IMG/VR virus record: IMGVR_UViG_3300020048_000039
Coordinates: 64,314-128,313 of that record
DNA length: 64,000 nt
DNA from: a virus
Strand: one strand, 5' to 3'
Below are positions 9,101 through 17,100 of the stretch, one piece after another. The position numbers and the translations under genes were made by a program. Every line of letters starts with the position of its first letter. Position 1 is the stretch's first letter. A model generated the notes under the pieces. It made no database searches. It saw nothing but the letters and a program-made list of their open reading frames with translations, and was not told where the DNA came from.

Positions 9101-9850
9101 ATTCAGCAAAAGATTTTAGTTAAGATTGCTCAAAAAGATAATGCGAAAACAAATGTAAGTAAAGGTGATTTAATAAAAGCAGGATTTACTCCTGATGATT
9201 TGGAATTAAAAAACTTTGATTCTGATGATTATGCTGAATCCATGTACTTAGAAGAAATGGAAGTTGATTTCTGGAATAAAACTGGATATGACCCAAGGAA
9301 AATCTGGAATGGATTTAAAATGAGGGAAGATTACAGAGTATATTATGAAATTTATGACGATGCTCTGGAGTTTTTAAATAAAAAGATGAAAGAAAGTGAT
9401 AAACCTGAAATAAAATCCATTAACGATGCGTATGGTGATGGTGATTTAGTTCTCATTAAAGATGGTAGTGAATATCACCTTGGTGCATATAATGGCACAT
9501 ATCTTCAAATTGTTAGAGAAGATGTAAAAGTGCCTAAACATCAAATCGAAGTTGAGCAAGAAAATAGGCGTATTGAGAATGAAAAAAAACTTGAAGAGTT
9601 GAGAGCCAATGAATTAACCACCAAAACTGATAGGGATGTTTTCTTAGATGCTCAACAGGCAAAACAAATAAAGTATTTCTCAGCGTTTAAACAGCAGTTT
9701 AACATTCCACTTACATTGACCATGAATGAATTATTTTCAGAAGTACCAAATGCAAAAGATGCTTTTGATGATTTTATTGCTGAGTCAGATGGAATGCTTG
9801 ATGAAGAAGCTTTGGAATATTCTGGTATTGATAACGATGATGATGTATAA
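6170..9850 (+). CDS. polB: family B DNA polymerase
   Basis: Exo I TFDIETTG, Exo II GYNSENFD, Exo III YLLDD, motif A KIDYASLYP, motif B KILNNSLFG, variant motif C AVTDG. Confidence 0.92.
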   Translation: MDKLNVLAEIKGFLEGYNDDLKYLVNVETDNNTNIADCVIHEPNKEPRIVKIPYEPFLYMKDLGKANHTLYEGHTEEYMVSKQIKYGITIAKLKTGNQKRLVNGYCYKLTSSRSYNDIINYIRDGGLNPYEKLVDDDGRVVNDAKGEPIYPYRDLFYSVRGTEQFFISKQCRLFKGFEEYKDVHKVTFDIETTGLRHQIARMFAIGVRDNRGFETILELDKLDDNESEIRLIQDFFNLIQILKPAVISGYNSENFDFEFILGRAKVLKMDLEAVPTSLKEGVHLRRRPNTSVKYGNTADKFTATEMWGISVIDIIHATKKTAAVNTEIKATGLKYIAKHEGIAKPNRTYIKGEDNSIGNFYAQNKTFLIDESNNYIQLPAKYQEVGKKLYVLQGNKGRISEAKYKEKRNEYLSECPEFVEWFRNEALSKGLITFISGKKLVKQYLLDDLWETEQVDELYNQSSFMLGKIVPTTYQRVCTMGTAAIWNLLLTAWSYENDLAIPICDKTIKFSGGLARCYKVGFTRRIKKIDYASLYPMIQLSEDVFPMFDVTGVIKKLLLYLTTTRNIYKKLANSDELNEEEVMLLKQIDHEVHIKYLNNTLTTEDRAMFKIKQLPIKILNNSLFGALGSAISFNWSDNVCAARITCTGRLHLRHAIDWFTDYDCVALLAVTDGINFNYPEKSRIRVTDTTQTIEDEEQDVEEMWQYGGKKGLNALIEKYNTEEMSSPYMSVDDDGDSISCLNLSRINYATLSLAKDKKTKEMKEKVKLTGNTIKSKVMPEYIEEFIDKSLTMVLHGQGKEFVDYYYDYCDNIRYMQIPLKKIASKSKIKMTLANYKKRGKDKNGRDKGIQAHMELLLEKRAKIAEELFEVHKESFNLTKIKKELTADDKMKFVANYMPQEPELDSVVYYVNSGYRKSHGDSRKIVDKLTGEERFCATLISNEDLLDNPSMTGIYNYEKYLDAFNKRVESLLVGFEPEIQQKILVKIAQKDNAKTNVSKGDLIKAGFTPDDLELKNFDSDDYAESMYLEEMEVDFWNKTGYDPRKIWNGFKMREDYRVYYEIYDDALEFLNKKMKESDKPEIKSINDAYGDGDLVLIKDGSEYHLGAYNGTYLQIVREDVKVPKHQIEVEQENRRIENEKKLEELRANELTTKTDRDVFLDAQQAKQIKYFSAFKQQFNIPLTLTMNELFSEVPNAKDAFDDFIAESDGMLDEEALEYSGIDNDDDV

Positions 9851-9864
9851 TATCGATACGAATA

Positions 9865-9872
9865 GTATTTAT
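9865..9872 (+). promoter_or_regulatory. GTATTTAT motif
   Basis: Intergenic, 16 nt before ATG 9889. Confidence 0.6.
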
Positions 9873-9888
9873 GTAGAAATACACAATC

Positions 9889-10521
9889 ATGGAATTTAAA
9901 AAGAAAGACATTGAAGAAATAATCGACACCAATGGAGAATTAATTGGATTAGATGATATACCATCAAACGATGCTAATGCCGACACTGCTGCTCACGGAA
10001 CGACTGACCAAAATGTAAAAATTGGTCAGCAACCGTTCCGATATGATATGTTGGGTCGTTTTGGCTTTAGTATGATGCCTTTTATGGAAGGTAAAGAAGA
10101 TTCTAAGGAAAGAACTGCACTTATAAACGATTTGGCTAAACTTAGTTACGATAATTATATACGTATAATCAGGCATTACTATAAGAACCCAAATAAATTA
10201 AAGGTTGACTATAGGATGCATTCAGAACACAATTTTGAAACACAGCCTGAACATAATATGGAAACTGATTTTGATTTTGCTGATATGATAATGAAAGTTG
10301 TTCAAAAGCATTTCGAAGATGCATTTAAAGAGCCTGAACAAATTGATGAATCTAAAGTTGTTGAGGATAAGATGCTTAACAAAAAGGGTGAAGATGAAAT
10401 AACTGACAAAACAGAAGACATAGGTGTTAGAGAAAAGAAACTCGAAAAGATTGCTGGCTTGATTAACAAATTGGAGAAGAAAGATATAGATAAACTTATT
10501 AATTTATTGGAGAGGAAATGA
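9889..10521 (+). CDS. hypothetical acidic protein, possible internal head protein
   Basis: 210-aa ORF preceded by the GTATTTAT motif, with FME/IDE/VVE motifs. Confidence 0.6.
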   Translation: MEFKKKDIEEIIDTNGELIGLDDIPSNDANADTAAHGTTDQNVKIGQQPFRYDMLGRFGFSMMPFMEGKEDSKERTALINDLAKLSYDNYIRIIRHYYKNPNKLKVDYRMHSEHNFETQPEHNMETDFDFADMIMKVVQKHFEDAFKEPEQIDESKVVEDKMLNKKGEDEITDKTEDIGVREKKLEKIAGLINKLEKKDIDKLINLLERK

Positions 10522-11450
10522 GAAAATTAAATACGTGCGAATTTATTAATAAAGCATTTGCTATGTATGGTAATAAATATGATTACTCCTTAGTAAATTA
10601 TGTGAACTCAAAAACAAAGATAAAAATTATTTGCTCAAAACATGGCACATTTGAACAAACGCCAAATAGCCATTTATGTGGATGTGGGTGTCCTAAATGC
10701 GGAGATTTATTAGTTAGTGAAAAAAAATGTGAAGATACAGACCATTTTATTAGTAGGGCAATTGAAAAACATGGTCATAAATATGATTATTCGTTAGTTG
10801 ATTATATTAATGTAAAAAGTTTTATCGTAATAATTTGTTGTGAGCACGGTAAATTTTCACAGCGAGCAAATGACCATTTAAATGGAAAGGGTTGTCCTAT
10901 ATGTGGAAAAATTTTAAAGGGAATTAAAATAAGAAAGAATACTGATTATTTTATTAATGAAGCAAAAAAAATTCATGGCAAGAAATATAATTATTCGAAT
11001 GTTGACTATGTAAAAAGTAAAATAAGCGTAAGCATCATATGTTCAAAACACGGTATGTTCAATCAAAAACCGAATGACCATTTAAATGGAAAAGGCTGTC
11101 CAACATGTTGTGAGTCCAACGGAGAAAATAAAATAAGAACTTTTTTAAATGAAAATAATATTAAATATATTAAAGAGAAAAAATTCAGTAATTGTATTAA
11201 CGTTAAAGAGCTTCCTTTTGATTTTTATCTTCCAGAATACGATGTTTTAATTGAATTTGATGGAGTGCAGCATTTTAATCCCATTAATTATTTTGGTGGA
11301 ATTGATGCATTAAATAATCAAATTATTAATGATAAAATAAAAAACGATTTTGCGAGAGTAAATAATTTTCATTTACTTCGAATACGATTTGATGAAATAA
11401 ATGAAATTAATAAAATCTTAAATACATATGAACCAATATTTAAAAGATAA
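10518..11450 (+). CDS. free-standing homing-endonuclease-like protein: 3 Zn-ribbon repeats + PD-(D/E)XK (Vsr-like) domain
   Basis: Repeats F I.KA...G.KYDYS.V.Y...IIC.KHG.F.Q....HL.G.GCP.C; C-terminal LPFDFYLP....LIEFDG.QH. Confidence 0.8.
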   Translation: MRKLNTCEFINKAFAMYGNKYDYSLVNYVNSKTKIKIICSKHGTFEQTPNSHLCGCGCPKCGDLLVSEKKCEDTDHFISRAIEKHGHKYDYSLVDYINVKSFIVIICCEHGKFSQRANDHLNGKGCPICGKILKGIKIRKNTDYFINEAKKIHGKKYNYSNVDYVKSKISVSIICSKHGMFNQKPNDHLNGKGCPTCCESNGENKIRTFLNENNIKYIKEKKFSNCINVKELPFDFYLPEYDVLIEFDGVQHFNPINYFGGIDALNNQIINDKIKNDFARVNNFHLLRIRFDEINEINKILNTYEPIFKR

Positions 11451-12177
11451 AACCTATAGGATACCACCAGATGTATTAAGGGGTATTAGTGTAGCCAAAG
11501 CGTCCACTTCAAATGGAAGTGGTCTTAAAAGAGCTAATTTTCTGCTTAAAAATGGTGTTATAACCTATCAAGCAATGAAAAGACTTAAGAATTATTTTGA
11601 TTATCACGACCCACAAACTGATGATAAAAATGAATATGCTCTTGCTGGTGGTGAATTAATGAAAAGCTTCATTCAAACAACACTTAATCAAGACCGTGCA
11701 GGTATAAAAAGGACTGTAGATACAAAGCGTGAAGCTATGCCTATCATGAACGAAGCCGAAAAGAAGAAAAAAGAAAAACCAGTTAAAAATGCCTGTGCTA
11801 TTATTGTTGACAAAGACAATAAAATATTGCTATTGAAACGAGCAGATATTGGTGAAATGTGGATGCCAAATAAATGGGCATTAGTTGGTGGTGGTGTTGA
11901 GAAAGGCGAAACACCTTTACAAGCGGTTGAGAGAGAAATTAAGGAAGAAACTGGTTTAGAAATCAAGAAATTTATTAGTTCATTTAATTTACAACTAAAC
12001 AGTACTAATAGTATTGAGTATATGTTTGTTTGTAGATTTGAAGGCGACCCAACCGAAGTGAATCTAAATCAAGAGAACATAAGATATGGCTGGTTTAGTA
12101 CTGGTGAAATGGATTATTTGGATACAGTCCCACATTTATTGGAATATATTACAATTGCTTTTAAAAGTTATGAGTAA
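11428..12177 (+). CDS. unknown N-terminal domain fused to a Nudix hydrolase
   Basis: Complete Nudix box GGVEKGETPLQAVEREIKEETGL; IMNE linker before the Nudix domain. Confidence 0.85.
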   Translation: MNQYLKDKTYRIPPDVLRGISVAKASTSNGSGLKRANFLLKNGVITYQAMKRLKNYFDYHDPQTDDKNEYALAGGELMKSFIQTTLNQDRAGIKRTVDTKREAMPIMNEAEKKKKEKPVKNACAIIVDKDNKILLLKRADIGEMWMPNKWALVGGGVEKGETPLQAVEREIKEETGLEIKKFISSFNLQLNSTNSIEYMFVCRFEGDPTEVNLNQENIRYGWFSTGEMDYLDTVPHLLEYITIAFKSYE

Positions 12178-12181
12178 TTCT

Positions 12182-12190
12182 GTATTTATA
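12182..12190 (+). promoter_or_regulatory. GTATTTAT motif
   Basis: Intergenic, before ATG 12225. Confidence 0.6.
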
Positions 12191-12224
12191 GTAAAATAAT
12201 ATTAAATATTTAAAACGAAACACA

Positions 12225-12464
12225 ATGAGCAGATTAGAAGATATTAGCTTACAATACAGAGAATGTAGTGTTGCTAAAAATGACTACGATAATAATGACG
12301 CATATGTTGCTGGACACCCTGACGCATTATCAACAGGTGATGCATTAGGTAAAGGTGAACAAAATGGTGAAGTAGGTAATGCTACTGACATTAAGACCAG
12401 AAGCATATTATTAACTAAAAATAAATTTAAAGGTGATAATTGTTATTACGCTGGCACTGCATAA
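12225..12464 (+). CDS. small hypothetical protein
   Basis: 79 aa with a weak internal two-fold repeat (R...KN.Y...N.Y). Confidence 0.65.
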   Translation: MSRLEDISLQYRECSVAKNDYDNNDAYVAGHPDALSTGDALGKGEQNGEVGNATDIKTRSILLTKNKFKGDNCYYAGTA

Positions 12465-12465
12465 T

Positions 12466-13371
12466 ATGTTGAATGAAACCAAGATATTGTTTAATAACAT
12501 CAAGAACTTTCGCCATCTTATAACAGAAGCGGTAAGTCAAAGTGACATGGAAAATTATATTAATAACCATGAGTTCATTTATATTTACTATACTGGTGAT
12601 GGAGAAAACAAAAGAGGTTGGAGAACAATTAGACCATATACACTTGGTACATCACCAAAAGATGGTCATTTATTATTGAGAGCATGGCAGGATAAAGGTA
12701 AAAGTGTTAGTAGAAGCCTAAATTTACGTGGTAATAGACATGATTATTGGACTGATGATTCTGACGGTAAAGTGAAACCCGGTTGGAGAATGTTTCGAGT
12801 TGATAACATCGAACAACTACTTCCAATTGGTACTAAGTTCAATTACTCCAATGGTGAAGTAATGATTCCACCTGATTATAAAGAAGGTACTGACAAAGGC
12901 ATGGCAACTGTTCTTGCGTGGGTTAGTACCGATAACGCACCTGTTGTGACTTCTGGAACAACCAGAATATCTCCCATCGCTACCAAAAGAGGTGATTGGA
13001 GTAGATTTGCTAATGGAAATGCAAACAATGTTAAAATTACAGCTAATGACGTAGAAAATTTACGTAATAAAGTTAATAGAGTTCTAAAAGAAAAAATTGG
13101 AAACTTCGATGTAGTTATTAACGACAGAAACGAATTTGAAGTCGTGCGTGCAAAGGATATTAATAATATACCAAAACAAGCAATTGTTGGTAGTTTAGCG
13201 AATTTATATGATACGCTTGTGAAATCACCAGCACCAACAGACCAATTCTATAAAACAGGCGGTCAGGAGATAAAAAATCAGTTGAAAAATAAGCTTAATC
13301 AAGCGAATACTGAAACAAATAACCAACAATCCCCAACAATTCCATTTGAAAAGAAAACTTTTTTCAAATAA
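12466..13371 (+). CDS. WYL-like domain protein
   Basis: YIYYTG...GWRTIRPYTLG...LLLRAWQ...GWRMFRVDNI matches the WYL pattern; ATG 12466 preferred over the track's GTG 12433. Confidence 0.65.
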   Translation: MLNETKILFNNIKNFRHLITEAVSQSDMENYINNHEFIYIYYTGDGENKRGWRTIRPYTLGTSPKDGHLLLRAWQDKGKSVSRSLNLRGNRHDYWTDDSDGKVKPGWRMFRVDNIEQLLPIGTKFNYSNGEVMIPPDYKEGTDKGMATVLAWVSTDNAPVVTSGTTRISPIATKRGDWSRFANGNANNVKITANDVENLRNKVNRVLKEKIGNFDVVINDRNEFEVVRAKDINNIPKQAIVGSLANLYDTLVKSPAPTDQFYKTGGQEIKNQLKNKLNQANTETNNQQSPTIPFEKKTFFK

Positions 13372-13375
13372 CAAC

Positions 13376-13384
13376 GTATTTATA
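13376..13384 (+). promoter_or_regulatory. GTATTTAT motif
   Basis: Intergenic, 22 nt before ATG 13407. Confidence 0.6.
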
Positions 13385-13406
13385 AAAAATAATAAAAATT
13401 TATAAA

Positions 13407-14093
13407 ATGGCAGATAAGATTAATTTAAATAGACTTAAGGATGAAATAGATAACCGTAAAAGGGAAAAGGGCATGGTTACGACCAACTCGAATGGTGTTA
13501 GCACAACTATGCCAGCACGTGATACCTTCCTAAACGGATTACTTGAATCATTCCAAACGGGTAGAGATACACGTTCATCGGTGGTGGTTAAAGAAGTGGT
13601 AAATAAGGTTGCTGAAAAAGCAGGTGAAACTGCACCAATACGTCAACAAGCTAACCTACCAATTCAGAATCATTCACAACAACCACAGAGAATATCAGAA
13701 GCAGACATGTCTGGTGTTGAAAGAGACGAACAATTGTTTCTTGACTTGCAAAAAAGGAGAAGCCTGACGTTGGCTGAATCAATTCAGGATTATTCTAAGA
13801 TTCCTAATGTTGGTGCTCCAATGAATACTCAACCAACAACCAATATGGGTGGTGGTATGATGATTAATGAAGCATATTTGACTGAGAATGTTAAAAATGT
13901 GGTTAACAATTACTTGGCTGAGAATTTCGGTCCCATCATCGAAGAATCCATTAAGAGTACAATTCTTGAAATGTATGCTCTTGAGAGAATTAAAACAGTC
14001 TTAGCAGAAAACAAAGATATGATTCGAGGGGTGGTGAAAGAAGTCATACAAGAAATTAGTGATAGAAATAAAGCAAGGAAAGCGCAATCTTAA
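13407..14093 (+). CDS. putative prohead core/scaffold-like protein
   Basis: Helical, many (I/L)xE motifs (ISE, LAE, INE, LTE, IEE, ILE, IQE); preceded by the GTATTTAT motif. Confidence 0.45.
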   Translation: MADKINLNRLKDEIDNRKREKGMVTTNSNGVSTTMPARDTFLNGLLESFQTGRDTRSSVVVKEVVNKVAEKAGETAPIRQQANLPIQNHSQQPQRISEADMSGVERDEQLFLDLQKRRSLTLAESIQDYSKIPNVGAPMNTQPTTNMGGGMMINEAYLTENVKNVVNNYLAENFGPIIEESIKSTILEMYALERIKTVLAENKDMIRGVVKEVIQEISDRNKARKAQS

Positions 14094-14109
14094 TTGCGCT
14101 TTTTTTTTT
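14079..14109 (+). terminator. intrinsic terminator
   Basis: aaagcgcaat-ctta-attgcgcttt followed by a T-run. Confidence 0.85.
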
Positions 14110-14121
14110 ACCTTTAATTCT

Positions 14122-14130
14122 GTATTTATA
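14122..14130 (+). promoter_or_regulatory. GTATTTAT motif upstream of the polyprotein
   Basis: Directly after the terminator, 18 nt before ATG 14149. Confidence 0.65.
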
Positions 14131-14148
14131 TATAATTAATATGGAATT

Positions 14149-17100
14149 ATGGCAATTTATAAGATAATAAAACCCATCGAAGAACTCTATAACAATGCAG
14201 ATGGTAATGATGATATTCTTTCAGATATTGGAACTACTGCCGAAGTTAGAATGGGACACACAATAACTCCAGATAACACAGTAAATGAGTTTGGCGGTGA
14301 TTCATTGTATTCACACGATGATAGTATTGGTGATGACGAATTTCCTGCTTATAATAATGCAGACTCTTCACCTTCAATAGAGAACAACCTAAATGCCAAT
14401 TCTGCAATGTATAATGAAGACTTGGAATATAATCATGTTAGTGATGCAACCCAAGACACATACGTAATAGGTGAAGAATTTCTTGGCACTGATAAGCGTT
14501 TTGAAGATGAATTTGAAATCTTTAAAAATCCCAAATCAATTAAAAACCTAAGAAAAGACATTAAAGGGATTATCGATATGAAAACTGGCGATTTTTATGT
14601 TGCCAACTATAATATGATGTTACATATTGATTTAGCACGATGGTTAAATGTGAAATTAGGTTTTAATATTCCCGAAAAATGGAATGATTTGTATGATGGT
14701 ACTACATACTTAGCAGTACAGAGACGCAAGGATTCTAATATTTTTGGTTTATCAGAAGTTTATACATATGAAGATTATAATATGGATGACTATGAAATCG
14801 AAAGAATCATAAGTGCATTTGAAAAAGCAAACCAAAAAAATCCTACAATAGAATTTAGTCTTGAGGGTATTGAAAGAAAAACTAAGCCAGAACCTGTTGA
14901 TGCATTAGATGAAAGAGTATTATCATCAATGGCTGGTAGTTCCAGCGTTGAAGTTAAACAGAAATGTAGATTAGCAGGCAACGGTAACACAAGCACACCT
15001 TGTAATCAGGGTGATATTGGTAATCTCAACATTAAGCCACTAAAAGAAGCATACGTCAATCTTCCATATAATAAAACGTATTGGGGATGGGTTTCACCAG
15101 AGAATCAATTTACACAAGTTCCTGAACTAAAACATGCAGCATTCATCGAAAAAAGATATCCCGACATGTGGGACACCGATAAAATATTCGACAAAGCATT
15201 TGCAGATGGATGGGTAAGAGTAATTTACGAATATTATCCAAATAGATACAAAGGTACGTTATCACTAAATGGTGGTGATGAAGAACGTGTTTTACATGTA
15301 TTAAAAAACATATTTCTTGATAGCATTAGGTGGAGTAATACTACAATTTATTTACAATTTGAGAATCCAAATACTTCACGTGTTTTTAACACTGGTGATT
15401 CAGAGGGTAAAGCAGAATTGGCTAATTATTTAGGTGGACTTAACGAAATAAATGAAGAATCATTGGGTGTTATTGATTATGAAGACGTAGAATTGAACAA
15501 TCCGATTGAAATGTTTAAAAATCCTAAATCACTGAGGAATTTAAAACCAAGCATCAGGGGAATTATTGATGCTGAGACTGGTGATTTATATGCTGCAAAC
15601 ACATCCAACTATTTCCACAATATGTTAATTAAGTGGCTTAATCAAAATGTTGGCACACATTATACTGATAATTATAACTTAATATATAAAAGTCCTGATG
15701 AACTTATTCCAGTCCAAAGAGACCAAAACACCAACGTGTTTAAATTAGGTGAAATGTATCCTACCAATCTTGATAAGGAAATGGAGGGTAGACGTGAAAT
15801 GCTTGCTAAAATAAAAAATGGTTTAGCATTGGCAAAACAAAAGAATCCAAGTATTGAGTTTATACCTCAAACAATCGATAGTATTGAAATGCATGAACAA
15901 TTAAATGAAGAGATTGATGCCAGTGAAGCATATAGAGATGAAGATGGATTGCAAACTATTCTTGATGGAAAACGTAATGTTGGTGGCTATGTAACATATA
16001 ATAGAAAAAATGTTATTCAGATGTTGGAAGATACTGGATTGAACATTCTCCCACTCAGTGATAATCCATATGGCTTAGTAATAGTGTTTAATGATAAAGG
16101 AAGAGAAAATGCAATGAGGTTATGGAAGTTTGCAATATCTAAGGGTGGTTATTTTCAAGATAGTACACCTGATGAAGCACGCTTTATTGGAAAAATGCTC
16201 GAATATACTGATACATCAATAGAAACCTATGTTAATAGAATATACGATGAAAACAGTCAGAGAAGAAAACAATCATTAAATGAAGATTTTGATGATAATA
16301 AATATGTTGCTGTAGTTACACCCGATATGCAATTAATTAAAGGTACTACACACAATGCAATTTTTAAACAATTATTTCCCGATATTGAAGGTTATGCTGA
16401 AAAATATGACCATGCATTCGAAAATGGATATGTTAGGGTTATATGGAATGAAAATGAATATCAGGGTCAACCAATAATACACGCCAGTTTCGAAGGTAAC
16501 AAAGCAAATCTGATTGCTGCCCTTAAAAGATTTTATTATAAAGAGATTATTACGAATAGAAGTAGTGTTAATATCGATATTTTTGAGACAGGTAAAAGTT
16601 TAGGGTTCATCTTACCAGAACAAAAACAGGCATTCAGTGCATTCATGAGTGGATTGACAGAAGATATTGAAGAGGGTGTTGGCGATAAATATGTTGAAAG
16701 AAAATATCATATGCAACCAGAGTTTGACGACTTTGAACAATTATATAGAAACAAGCTCAGTACCGAAGGGCATGACGAAGTTGTGTACGATGATACTAAT
16801 AAGGGTGGTACTTTAAGGATTATTAAGAACCCAAAATCATTGAATAGTGTTGGTGCGGATGTTAGAGGTGTTATAGATAGAGAAGGAAATTTTTATACCG
16901 AACAACGAGTATCTGGAAAGGTACATGTTGCAATTCTTGGTGTGTTGGAAGATTTGGATTTAATTCCAGAAGATTGGGATTGGGGTGAACACTTACCAAC
17001 AGATTTTATCACGGTGCAAAGAAGTAAAGATGAAAATGCTATTTTACTTAGTGAGAAGACCGAAATGATGACACCACCAGAAGAAAGAGACCCTGAATAT

